Shown one piece after another: positions 49,481 to 58,794 of a DNA stretch of 64,000 nucleotides (its first letter is position 1; every line of letters starts with the position of its first letter). Under the pieces are notes generated by a model, which saw only the letters and a list, made by a program, of their open reading frames with translations, was not told the DNA's origin and did no database searches. The position numbers and the translations under genes were made by a program. The DNA comes from an uncultured Chloroflexia bacterium (GTDB lineage: Bacteria > Chloroflexota > UBA6077 > JACCZL01), in the NCBI GenBank assembly GCA_963765765.1, contig CAVXYC010000030.1, forward strand, positions 192,001 to 256,000, read 5' to 3'.

Positions 49481-50452
49481 GTGAGCGCATTTCAACACGC
49501 CGCTACACAGCGCTACATCCCCAGGGGCGTCATCCCGGCCTGCCTCCTGCCCTTCAATAGCGATCTCGGGATCGATGCGCCTTCCTATCGCAGTCACCTA
49601 CGCGACCTGGCTGACGTGGAAGGTGTCACGGCAATCACTATCAATGCGCATGCATCCGAGATCGCCTCGTTAGCATTCGATGAGCAGCGTCGCGTTTTGG
49701 ATATCACGACGGATGAGGTCGGGGATCGCTTGCGGGTCATCTCCGGCATCTACGCGGACGGCTCACTGCAGGCAGCAGATCTGGCGCGTCAGGCCGGTCG
49801 AGGTGGGGCGAACGCGCTGTTGGTCTTCCCGCCGGCGCCGTTCATTCTCGGCGCGCAGCGACGCCCGGGAATGGTCATCGAGCACTTCAGCCGCATCGCG
49901 GACGCTGTGGATACCTCTATCATCGCGTTTCAATATCCACTGGAGAGCGGTCAGGGCTACACCACGGAGACGCTGGTGCGCCTGGCCGAAGCCGTGCCCA
50001 CGGTGGTTGCGATCAAGGACTGGTCCAGCTCGCCCGTGCAACACGAAGCCAACGTTCGAGCGCTCCACTCACTGGGACGGGAGTTCTCGGTGCTCTCCAC
50101 GCACAGCGCGTGGCTGCTCTCATCGCTTGTTCACGGCGCCGATGGACTGCTCTCCGGCTCTGGCAGTGTCATCGCCGATCTGCAGTCGGCCATCTTCCAC
50201 GCTGTCCAGCGCAACGATCTTGTCTCGGCACGTGAGATCAGCCAGCGGCTCTTCCCGATTACTCAGGCCTTCTACGCCGACCCCTGGGTAGACATGCACA
50301 ACCGCATGAAAGAAGCGCTCGTGCTCCTCGGTCGCTTGCCAGCCGCCTACGTGCGCCCGCCACTGCTGAAGCTTCCGGCAGATGAGATCGAACGGGTCAG
50401 GCAGGCGTTGATCGCGGGTGGTGTTTTGCGGGAACTAGGCGTGCCCGCCTAG
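49481..50452 (+). CDS. DapA/NanA-family class I aldolase-like protein (not canonical DHDPS)
   Basis: GVIPACLLPF, NAHASE in place of GTTGE, FQYP, AIKD Schiff-base Lys, VRPPL. Confidence 0.85.
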   Translation: MSAFQHAATQRYIPRGVIPACLLPFNSDLGIDAPSYRSHLRDLADVEGVTAITINAHASEIASLAFDEQRRVLDITTDEVGDRLRVISGIYADGSLQAADLARQAGRGGANALLVFPPAPFILGAQRRPGMVIEHFSRIADAVDTSIIAFQYPLESGQGYTTETLVRLAEAVPTVVAIKDWSSSPVQHEANVRALHSLGREFSVLSTHSAWLLSSLVHGADGLLSGSGSVIADLQSAIFHAVQRNDLVSAREISQRLFPITQAFYADPWVDMHNRMKEALVLLGRLPAAYVRPPLLKLPADEIERVRQALIAGGVLRELGVPA

Positions 50453-50458
50453 GCTTGG

Positions 50459-50574
50459 ATTCGCGGGTCCCTCACTCCAGCCCTCTCCCAGGGGGCGAGA
50501 GAGAATTAGATGGCGCTCGCTCTGATCAGTTCTCTCGCCCCCTGGGAGAGGGCTGGAGTGAGGGACCCGCGAAT
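50459..50574. repeat. Perfect 44-bp inverted repeat (family A doublet) between convergent genes
   Basis: attcgcgggtccctcactccagccctctcccagggggcgagaga (50459-50502) and exact reverse complement at 50531-50574; 28-bp spacer. Confidence 0.92.
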
Positions 50575-50599
50575 TTCCATAAGTGCGATCCCACCTGTT

Positions 50600-51019
50600 T
50601 CACCCGGGCTTGAGCGCCACGACGGGGATCTCCCTGGATGTCTTCGTCGCGTAATCGTTGTATGCGGGATAGATCTTGACGGCTTCAGACCAGAGACGCT
50701 CCCGTTCTGGCCCCACGACAATCTCCGCGGTGACCTGGGAAGTGTGCTCTCCAACCTGAACGGTTCCACCGCCATTGGCCATCAGGTTGTCAAACCAGTC
50801 GGGGTTGGCCGGTGATCCTCCCTTGGAAGCGATGACGACGTAGCGGTCACCGTCGCGGAGGTACAGGAGGGGCACCGTCCGTAGCTGGCCTGATTTTCTA
50901 CCGGGCGCGGTCAGAGTCAAGATCGGAGCACCGCCCATATTGCCTAGAACTCGGCCTTTAAACGTGCGCAACAACCACGCGTGGATCGGCACCAAGATCT
51001 TGAACAAAAGATTTTGCAT
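50600..51019 (-). CDS. Deazaflavin (F420)-dependent oxidoreductase, Ddn/nitroreductase family
   Basis: LTLTAPGRKSGQLRTVPL, IASKGG..NPDWFDNL, YNDYATKTSREIPVV. Confidence 0.92.
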   Translation of the reverse strand: MQNLLFKILVPIHAWLLRTFKGRVLGNMGGAPILTLTAPGRKSGQLRTVPLLYLRDGDRYVVIASKGGSPANPDWFDNLMANGGGTVQVGEHTSQVTAEIVVGPERERLWSEAVKIYPAYNDYATKTSREIPVVALKPG

Positions 51020-51069
51020 TGTCGGCTTTCTCCCCGGTTCTCACGTGGGACCTACGCCAGATAGTCTGG

Positions 51070-51990
51070 CTACACGCCGTGATCTAACACCAGACTGGCC
51101 AATTCTGGTTGCTCAACCCGCGATGACAGCGCGCGCCGATGGCCTGAGCAGCATCCCGGGCTCGTAATGTACGTGGCTCTGAACTCGGGACGTGTGATGT
51201 GTCGCGCGAGGCCCGCAAGCGCTCCTTCTTCACCACGTCGGTGGGCTTGACAGGCGAGACAGCCACGCTTCGTCGGTCCGGCGGGCAAGCGATTGGCTTG
51301 AAGCTGCTCCGCCAGGCTCGTGATGATGTCCTCAGCCAGAATGGCGATACCCGTAATGGAGTGCATCTCCTTCCGCTCGACCTCGAGCAGTCGCCACCAG
51401 TGACGTGAGCAGAACCCATCCGCCAGGCGAATGCGGCCACGAATCTCCGGGTCCATTACTCCTTCCCACAGCAGCATGAATAGCCAGCGCCGCGTACTCT
51501 CCGTAGCGAGGTGACACACTGGACAACCGGCATGATTGAGCGCCGCCTCCAGCTTGATTCCTGCCAGATCCAGGAGTACCGGTTTCGGCGGCCGAAGCCT
51601 GCGCCAGACTCGACGAATCGAACTGGGAAGGCCGCTGGTCCGACGCGGAGCTTCGCCACTGACGTAGTTGGACTCAGATGAGGATTCAGACGGCACCCCG
51701 GCTAGCGCATGCAACGCTCTGCGCCACGCATCCTGTTCCGCGCCTCGCGCTTCGTCACGGTTATTCCAGTCGCTCTTCCGTATGAGCTCCCGCAGATCGG
51801 CCGCCAGGGATTCGTAACGACTGGCGAGTACCGTTCGCTCCGTCCCATGACGTGTCGGCGCATGCAGCAGTCGCTCACGAGCATGCGGCCAGCACATGGA
51901 TTCCATGTCGACGTCGACGGGCTCAACGGCGCCGACGCATGTTGGACATGTGGCGACGTCCGAAGCTGAGCCGAGCATCGATGACCGCAT
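51070..51990 (-). CDS. Cys-rich hypothetical protein, DUF6062-like
   Basis: GCPVC...MDPEIRGRIRLADGFCSRH...CLAC...GCCSGH, plus an upstream partial unit CPTC...MCWPH. Start uncertain. Confidence 0.65.
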   Translation of the reverse strand: MRSSMLGSASDVATCPTCVGAVEPVDVDMESMCWPHARERLLHAPTRHGTERTVLASRYESLAADLRELIRKSDWNNRDEARGAEQDAWRRALHALAGVPSESSSESNYVSGEAPRRTSGLPSSIRRVWRRLRPPKPVLLDLAGIKLEAALNHAGCPVCHLATESTRRWLFMLLWEGVMDPEIRGRIRLADGFCSRHWWRLLEVERKEMHSITGIAILAEDIITSLAEQLQANRLPAGPTKRGCLACQAHRRGEEGALAGLARHITRPEFRATYITSPGCCSGHRRALSSRVEQPELASLVLDHGV

Positions 51991-52021
51991 TGGCGCATTG
52001 AAGCTCGGCTCGGACGACACC

Positions 52022-53008
52022 TTAGTTGAGGTAGTCCTCGCGCCGGACAAGACCGTTGACTGGCTCCCCCTGGAGAAAACGTCGAATGTTCTGGGCGGCA
52101 ATGCGGCTGGAGTGGCGCGCCAACCCCGGAACAGCGGATGAGTTGTGCGGCGACCCCAGGAAATTTGGCGAATCGAAGAACGGGTGTTGGATTTTGAACT
52201 CACCGTGGCGCATCGGTTCGACCCACCACGCGTCGATTGCGACCTGAAAATCTGGGTGTGCGGTCATGTGCTCGTAGAGCGGCGTCTCTTCCACGTGCGC
52301 TGCGCGAGCGATGCTCACGAGAATGGCGTCAGGCTTGAGCCAGCTCAGCCGCTCGGCGTTGAACATGCCGCGGGTCGCATTGTTGTTGGGAATAGAGATG
52401 ACCACGATATCGGCCGCTCGCACCCCTTCCTCGAGGTTATCTAATGTGCCTGACCAGTCCACGGGCTGATCGGTCTTGCCGCTCCGAGTGATTGCGTAGA
52501 TCCTGGTTCCAAAGCTCCGCAGAATGCGCGCCGTAGCCTGGCCGATTCCGCCAAAACCAATGATCAGCGCCGTGGAGTCGCGCATTGATTTGTTGAGCTG
52601 ACCCTGCGGGAAGTCGCCTTTAGCGAGGGCCTGGTGGTTCGGCACAATTCGCTTCGCCAGAGCGAGGATGAGCGCCACCGTATGCTCAGCAATTGGCTCG
52701 GCAGTGGAGCCCGCGTTGCTGGCAATCGTGGCGCCCTTGGGGAGACGAGCAAATGGCATGAAGTCGACGCCCGCGCCGTGCTCTTGAATGAATTTCACGT
52801 CGCCAAGCATCTCAATCTCACCAGGCCGCAGCTCCGCGGCCATGCGCCGACCGAAGAACACATCGGCGGAGCGCAGCGCTCCCTCACGGTCGCCATCCGC
52901 AAGATCGTTGATATAGCTGATCTTTGCGATGTCCCCGAGAACTTCAGCGAGCGATTCGCGCTCCTCAGGCTTTGGGGTGAAACCGACGACGATGTGCGGC
53001 TCGGCCAT
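52022..53008 (-). CDS. D-isomer-specific 2-hydroxyacid dehydrogenase
   Basis: GAGVD, PIAEH, IIGFGGIG, LVSIAR, IDAWWVEP, SPHNS. Confidence 0.92.
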   Translation of the reverse strand: MAEPHIVVGFTPKPEERESLAEVLGDIAKISYINDLADGDREGALRSADVFFGRRMAAELRPGEIEMLGDVKFIQEHGAGVDFMPFARLPKGATIASNAGSTAEPIAEHTVALILALAKRIVPNHQALAKGDFPQGQLNKSMRDSTALIIGFGGIGQATARILRSFGTRIYAITRSGKTDQPVDWSGTLDNLEEGVRAADIVVISIPNNNATRGMFNAERLSWLKPDAILVSIARAAHVEETPLYEHMTAHPDFQVAIDAWWVEPMRHGEFKIQHPFFDSPNFLGSPHNSSAVPGLARHSSRIAAQNIRRFLQGEPVNGLVRREDYLN

Positions 53009-53072
53009 GGTGTGGTCCTCCAACTGTTGCTTTGACTGTAGGCGCGGTGCGAGGTCTGGATCAAACGACTCG

Positions 53073-53163
53073 GTTGGTAGTGTGGAATTTATTCCGCCGA
53101 TTCCCGTGAAAGTGCTTAGAGAATTCGCAAGAGGACGGAAGGAATAAATTCCGCACTACCAAC
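53073..53163. repeat. REP doublet, family D (GTAG foot plus CGGAAT-TT-ATTCCG hairpin)
   Basis: gttggtagtgtggaatttattcc (53073-53095) / ggaataaattccgcactaccaac (53141-53163), 22/23 complementary. Confidence 0.85.
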
Positions 53164-53667
53164 GGAGATATCACGCTTTTGCTGCGAATTCTCCGAGCCC
53201 ATGTATCGCCGCATGCGCGCATCCACCTCCTCGGCGGTAAGCTCCTTGCGGACGGAGGCGAGTGCCCACACGTGGCCGAACGGATTGCGGAGCTGACCGT
53301 AGCGATCACCGAAGAACGTATCCATCAACGGCATGGCCGCGGTTGCGCTGGCGTCAACGGCGCGTTGGTAGACCGTGTCCACGTTGTCCACGTAGAGCTC
53401 GAGAATCGTGGAAGAGCCCCCAAGCATTTCGGCTCAGCCGGTGCCGGGGTGGGCGCCATCTGGCACGGATCCTACCGTGGTAATCAGCACCGTGGATTCA
53501 GCAATTCGGATCTGGGCATGGATTCCATTTCCACACGGGCATTGGGAAACGGAAGAGCACCGTGGCGCAAATGCGGTCGCGTAAAACTGCAGTGCACGCT
53601 CACCGTCGCTCACCAGCAGGTGCGGCGCAATGCGGGCTTCATTCGGTCGAGCCCCTTTGATGCACAT
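53116..53667 (-). CDS. VOC/PhnB-like glyoxalase family protein; frameshifted
   Basis: IAPHLLVSDGERALQFYATAF, HAQIRIAES, LYVDNVD, DTFFGDRYGQLRNPFGHVW. Confidence 0.85.
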
Positions 53668-53816
53668 GATTCGCTTCCTCCCGGCAGACGTGAGGATACA
53701 TCGTGCATGTAGTGAGCGCTCAAGCGCTCACGCTTAAGCCGTGCGCCCCCCGCGAGCGCATCGCTTAAGATGCGATGAACGCTGTCAGAGCGAACAACCC
53801 GGCGGGGGAGTGGGTC

Positions 53817-54599
53817 ATGGATCTGGAGATACAGGGCAAGGTAGCTGTTGTCACTGGCGCAAGCGAGGGTATTGGACGGGCCACATCGCAGATGCTGGCG
53901 CGAGAGGGCGCCCATGTGGTGATGTGCGCTCGCCGTACGGATGTTCTGGAGTCAGTCGCTGAGTCGATTCGTGAGCAAACGGGCGGGTCGGTGTTGGCGG
54001 TTGCTGGTGACGTGCGTCGTGGTGAAGACGTCGAGCGGCTGATCAATCGCGCCGTGGAGAGCTTCGGCGGCCTTCACATTCTCATCAACAATGCCGGCAC
54101 CTCCGCCGCTCATCCGTTCGACACTGTCGACGACGCCGCCTGGCAGAACGATCTGGATCTGAAGCTGTTCGCGGCCATCCGTTCCATACGGCTGGCGGTG
54201 CCACACATGCGCGCGGCCGGTGGCGGCGCCATAGTAAACATGCTGAATACGGGCGCGAAGGCCCCGGCGGCGGCGTCCACCCCTACGTCGGTCACGCGTG
54301 CCGCGGGCCTTGCGCTCACCAAGGCCCTTTCCAAGGAGCTCGCAGGTGACAATATTCGCGTCAATGCCGTGCTCATCGGCTTGATCAAGAGTGGTCAACA
54401 CGAGCGTCGAGCAACGACGCGCGGGATCCCGCCGGAGCAGCTCTATGAAGAAGAAGCTGCGAAGCGGAACCTGCCCATGGGGCGCTATGGTGAGGCGGAT
54501 GAAGCCGCGGACCTGGTGGTGTTCCTGAGCTCTGCTCGCTCGAGCTACATCACCGGTGTCGCAATCAACATGGACGGCGGCGTCTCTCCGGTCGTTTAG
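53817..54599 (+). CDS. SDR family oxidoreductase (atypical, lacks catalytic Tyr)
   Basis: VTGASEGIG, INNAG, TSVTR at the YxxxK position, NIRVNAV, MDGG. Confidence 0.92.
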   Translation: MDLEIQGKVAVVTGASEGIGRATSQMLAREGAHVVMCARRTDVLESVAESIREQTGGSVLAVAGDVRRGEDVERLINRAVESFGGLHILINNAGTSAAHPFDTVDDAAWQNDLDLKLFAAIRSIRLAVPHMRAAGGGAIVNMLNTGAKAPAAASTPTSVTRAAGLALTKALSKELAGDNIRVNAVLIGLIKSGQHERRATTRGIPPEQLYEEEAAKRNLPMGRYGEADEAADLVVFLSSARSSYITGVAINMDGGVSPVV

Positions 54600-54622
54600 C
54601 GGGCCCTTTGTTCGTAGCGCTC

Positions 54623-54720
54623 CCGTTGGCAGTTCAGAATTTATTCCGCCGTTTGCTCGCTATCGTTGCAGCTCGTATGCGCAAGTGAAACAACGGAATA
54701 AATTTCCGTAGCACGAACGG
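54623..54720. repeat. Degenerate REP doublet, family D
   Basis: ccgttggcagttcagaatttattccg (54623-54648) / cggaataaatttccgtagcacgaacgg (54694-54720). Confidence 0.7.
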
Positions 54721-54723
54721 AAG

Positions 54724-54787
54724 TGAATCCTGGCACGATTCTCGCGAGGCGCTGGTCGCCGTCTTGCGAGAATCGTGCCAGGATTCA
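54724..54787. repeat. Perfect 22-bp inverted repeat
   Basis: tgaatcctggcacgattctcgc (54724-54745) / gcgagaatcgtgccaggattca (54766-54787). Confidence 0.85.
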
Positions 54788-54925
54788 TTTCGGGCGGTCT
54801 TGTTAAGATGAGTGCGATATTCTTAATGGAATCATGGGAGACGACGCCTGCGGCGGGTCCCCTTTATTCGATTATCTGTGGTGCGGTTAGTCATGCCCGG
54901 GCATGGCGGCTAGTTGAGGCGCTGA

Positions 54926-56461
54926 GTGAGACATCCCTCGTTTGATCTGCACCGTCCGGGCCGGCGAGCCCTGGAGATTGCCACTGGATCAGTGGCGTGG
55001 GTGCTGATTTCTTCGCCCATCTGGGCAGCGTTCCTTGCTCCAGACAAGCTGGGCTACTTCCTCCTTCTGTTCAATAGCTACTGGCTTTACAAATCCGCAA
55101 CCACGGCAGTGTGCGCAGCCATTGGTTACCGTCGTCTGGGCTCGGCCCAGGCGACGGACTGGCTCGGGCTTTGTGAAGGCCTCGATGGATGGAAGCGCTT
55201 TCACCACCTTGTGATCATCCCCACCTATGGGGAGCCAACGGAAGTCCTCGAGACATCGCTGAGCTATCTCGCGCAACAGGATTACCCGGCTGAGAACATC
55301 TCGGTTGTGTTGGCCTTCGAGGCACGTGATCCGGATGCACGAGCGCGCTCCACCATGCTGCTGAGGCGGCACGAGGGAAAATTCGCAGGAATGTGGTCAA
55401 GCTTCCATCACGATCGCCCGGGCGAGGTTCGGGGTAAATCCTCCAATCTGGCATCTGCCAGTCGCTGGGCCAAGGAGCGGCTTGTGGATGAGCAGGGAAT
55501 CAATCTCGAGCATGTGCTCGTGACGATCTGCGATGCAGATTCTCGGCTCCACTCTCGTTATCTGTCGGCGCTCACGCATCAGTTCATAACTGACGCTGAT
55601 GGGCGGCGTCGTATCTTCCAGCCAGCGCTCATGTTCTACGCAAATTTCTGGCGCATCCCGCCGGTCGTCCGAATCATGGCCGGGCTACACTCCGTCTGGC
55701 AGCTCTCTCGCCTCGTGACGCCGTACAAGCTGGTCACGCAATCCACATACTCGCTTGCGCTTTCCACCTGTCATACCGTTGGCTACTGGGATCATGACGT
55801 GATTCCCGAAGACTCGCGCATGTTCTTCAAGGTGCTCTTCGCTCTGGGCGATGGCGTGCGAGTCAAGCCAATATTCTTGCCCGTATTCGCGGATGCGGCG
55901 GAGGGTCCGAACTGGTACCGCACGCTCATAAATCACTACCGCCAGATGCGACGTTGGGCATGGGGTGTCTCAGACGTTCCGTATCTGCTCTGGCGGCTGA
56001 TGCGCCGAACGGAGATACCACTCTGGCCGCGGCTCTCTCGGGTAGCGCTTTATACGGAAGAGCACATCTCGTGGCCCAGTCACTGGTTCCTGCTCACTCT
56101 GGGGGCCCACGCTCCAGCATTGCTCGCTCCGGCGTTTACGCTTTCTCCGCTGGGTCAGTCACTGTCTACGCTGGCGCAAGTTGCGCTCACTCTCTGTTTG
56201 CCCTGCCTGGCGGTGATGATTTGGATAGACAGTCGCCTCCGACCACCTCGCCTGGAGCCCTGTCCGTGGTGGCGAGACGCCCTGTCGGTTGCTTCCTGGA
56301 TCATGCTGCCCTTTGTCGGACTGATACTCACGGCTATTCCCGCGTTGGACGCTCATACCCGTCTTATTTTCGGGCAGTACCTTCAGTACCAGGTGACGGA
56401 GAAAGTCTCTGGTGAGGGCTCGCTAGTCCCTGACTGGTCGAGCGGGGCTGAAGCGGCCTAG
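54926..56461 (+). CDS. Membrane-embedded family 2 glycosyltransferase
   Basis: IIPTYGE, GKSSN, CDADS, IPED, QMRRWAWG (QxxRW); N- and C-terminal TMs. Confidence 0.88.
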   Translation: MRHPSFDLHRPGRRALEIATGSVAWVLISSPIWAAFLAPDKLGYFLLLFNSYWLYKSATTAVCAAIGYRRLGSAQATDWLGLCEGLDGWKRFHHLVIIPTYGEPTEVLETSLSYLAQQDYPAENISVVLAFEARDPDARARSTMLLRRHEGKFAGMWSSFHHDRPGEVRGKSSNLASASRWAKERLVDEQGINLEHVLVTICDADSRLHSRYLSALTHQFITDADGRRRIFQPALMFYANFWRIPPVVRIMAGLHSVWQLSRLVTPYKLVTQSTYSLALSTCHTVGYWDHDVIPEDSRMFFKVLFALGDGVRVKPIFLPVFADAAEGPNWYRTLINHYRQMRRWAWGVSDVPYLLWRLMRRTEIPLWPRLSRVALYTEEHISWPSHWFLLTLGAHAPALLAPAFTLSPLGQSLSTLAQVALTLCLPCLAVMIWIDSRLRPPRLEPCPWWRDALSVASWIMLPFVGLILTAIPALDAHTRLIFGQYLQYQVTEKVSGEGSLVPDWSSGAEAA

Positions 56462-56533
56462 GCCTGAGGCCAGTGAAGAGTTAAGGGTGCAGAGCGCACA
56501 ATTGTCTTAACTCTTAACTGCGGCAAGCCCGTT

Positions 56534-56566
56534 TTCATCCTGCTTTAATCTTTCTTTTCCTAAAAT
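56534..56566 (+). promoter_or_regulatory. Tandem TT(C/A)ATC repeats plus -10 box upstream of the response regulator
   Basis: ttcatc (56534) and ttaatc (56545) at 11-bp period, then TAAAAT (56561-56566). Confidence 0.5.
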
Positions 56567-56607
56567 GCCTATGCCTGAAGCGTGTGTCGGCTAGGTGAGG
56601 AGGCAGG

Positions 56608-57285
56608 ATGCGCATTCTCGTCGCTGAAGACGAGCACAAGCTCGCGGCTGTCGTCCGACGCGGGCTGGAAGAGCACGGATACGCGGTGGATGTGGCCTAC
56701 GATGGCGAAGACGCGCTCGCGATGGCTGAGGTTGAGCCATACGACCTGATCGTCCTCGATATCATGTTGCCAGGCATCGACGGCTTGACCGTATGCCGAC
56801 GCCTCCGATCGGAGCGCCGCAATATGCCCGTGCTCATGCTCACCGCGCGCGATACCGTGGACGATCGCGTGGCCGGTCTCGATGCAGGCGCGGACGACTA
56901 CCTGGTAAAGCCATTCGCCTTCCGTGAGCTTCTCGCACGCGTGCGTGCGCTGCTTCGCCGCGACGGACTCTCCAGGGATCCCATTCTGCGGGTCGGTGAC
57001 CTAGAGGTGGATACCGTAAGTCACGAGGTGCGTCGTAACGGCCGTCAGATCGAGCTGACAAGTAAAGAGTATGCGATGCTCGAGTACTTCATGCGCAATC
57101 CAAATCGAGTGCTCACGCGCACGCAGATCGCCGAGCACGTCTGGGACTACGACTTCATGTCGATGTCGAATGTCATCGACGTCTACGTCCGCTATCTGCG
57201 CCGAAAGCTGGGCGACGATCAAGAGCCGCGCCTCTTCCGAACAGTTCGGGGAACTGGTTACCAGCTCAGAGCCCCATCGGCGTGA
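56608..57285 (+). CDS. OmpR/PhoB-family response regulator
   Basis: [50 protein letters not shown]. Confidence 0.96.
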   Translation: MRILVAEDEHKLAAVVRRGLEEHGYAVDVAYDGEDALAMAEVEPYDLIVLDIMLPGIDGLTVCRRLRSERRNMPVLMLTARDTVDDRVAGLDAGADDYLVKPFAFRELLARVRALLRRDGLSRDPILRVGDLEVDTVSHEVRRNGRQIELTSKEYAMLEYFMRNPNRVLTRTQIAEHVWDYDFMSMSNVIDVYVRYLRRKLGDDQEPRLFRTVRGTGYQLRAPSA

Positions 57286-58713
57286 GGCACATGCTCCGTC
57301 GAGCGCTTCGTCACCTGTGGACGATCCGAGCGCGCTTGACGCTCTGGTACGTGGGCCTGCTGATGCTCACGCTGGCCGCTTTCGCAGCCGTCCTTTACAT
57401 CAGCCTTACACGTGGGCTGCAGGAGGAGCTGGACCGTTCGCTCACCAGCGAGGCTCAGCGGGTGGTCAACGAGATTGATGTGCGCGGCGGCCGTATCGTT
57501 GCCAACTCCGCTCTCGACCTTCCGCCGCCAGGAATGATTGCGGTGGTCTATGACCTGAGCGGAGCGCGCTTGGCCGTGAACGATCCGCGCGTGACGCTTC
57601 CTGAGCTCGTGGAAGCGCTCCGACAGGCCGGACGCGGCGAACAATCCTTCAGCACAGTTCCTCTGGGAGGTGGCGACTGGCGGGTGTTCAGCACGCCTAT
57701 CCGGCTCAATGGCAACCTCATCGGCGTCCTTCAAATCGCGCGTTCTGAGGAGAATATCGCCCAGGCCCAGCGTCAGCTTCTCACGCTGATCGCGGTGGCG
57801 ATTCCGCTATTGCTGGTGCTTGCCACAGCCGTTGGGCTGTTCATCGCGGGGCGGGCCCTCAACCCGATCGATCGGATCGTGCGAACCGCGGATCGCATCG
57901 GCGGAGATGCCGTTTCAGAGCGCATCGATATCGATCGCACGTCCGGACGAGGTTGGACGTTTGGCCGCGACGCTCAACCGCATGCTCGATCGCATCGACG
58001 GCACGCTGGAGCGGCAGCGGAGATTCACGGCGGACGCCTCGCATGAGCTCCGCACGCCACTGGCCGCGCTGACCGCCGAGATCGAGCTTGCCCTCGAGCG
58101 TCCACGCACGACCGAGGAATATCAGCAGACGCTCCGCAGCCTGGCAGAAGACTCCAGTCGGCTCAATTTGTTGGTGCGCGATCTTCTGACGCTCGCTCGC
58201 GTCGACTCCGGCCAGGAGCGCCTTGTGCTCGGAGACGATGGAGCTGGACGACCTGACCGAAGGTGTCATGGAAACGCTCATGCCACTTGCCGAACAGCGC
58301 GGCATAAGACTGGAGGTCGGGAGTTATCAAACCCGTTGAGATCGTGGGGGATCAGACTCGGCTGACGCAGCTTCTGGTGAACCTTGTGGACAATGGGCTC
58401 AAGTACACGCCAGCCGGCGGCGTGCGTTACCGTGTCCGTTCACCAGGATGGGCCAGCCGCAATCATCCGTGTTAAGGACACCGGCCGAGGCATTCCGGCG
58501 CGTGATGTCCCGCACATCTTTGATCGATTCTATCGAGTCGATTCGGGGCGGGCTCGTTCTGATGGCGGCACTGGGCTTGGACTGGCGATCTGCGAATGGA
58601 TAGTGCGCGCGCATGGAGGCCAGATCAACGTACAGAGCGTCGAAGGTCAGGGCTCTACGTTTACCGTACGCCTGCCGATCCATCCACCGATGGATGCCCA
58701 GCCCACACGATGA
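57282..58713 (+). CDS. Sensor histidine kinase (HAMP-HisKA-HATPase); several frameshifts
   Basis: Two TMs, [58 protein letters not shown]. Confidence 0.92.
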
Positions 58714-58720
58714 AAATTCT

Positions 58721-58748
58721 CTCATCTTCTATTCCTCGAGCCTTCATC
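58721..58748 (+). promoter_or_regulatory. Three tandem hexamers at 11-bp period upstream of the HtrA gene
   Basis: ctcatc (58721), ttcctc (58732), ttcatc (58743). Confidence 0.5.
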
Positions 58749-58794
58749 TTCGAGCTACACACTGTGAGCAGGAACGATGCGGAGGAGCACTTCC

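Noticed and set aside
49481-50452. Calling this gene dapA
   Set aside because: It lacks the GTTGE motif and lysine-pathway context; only a family-level call is supported.
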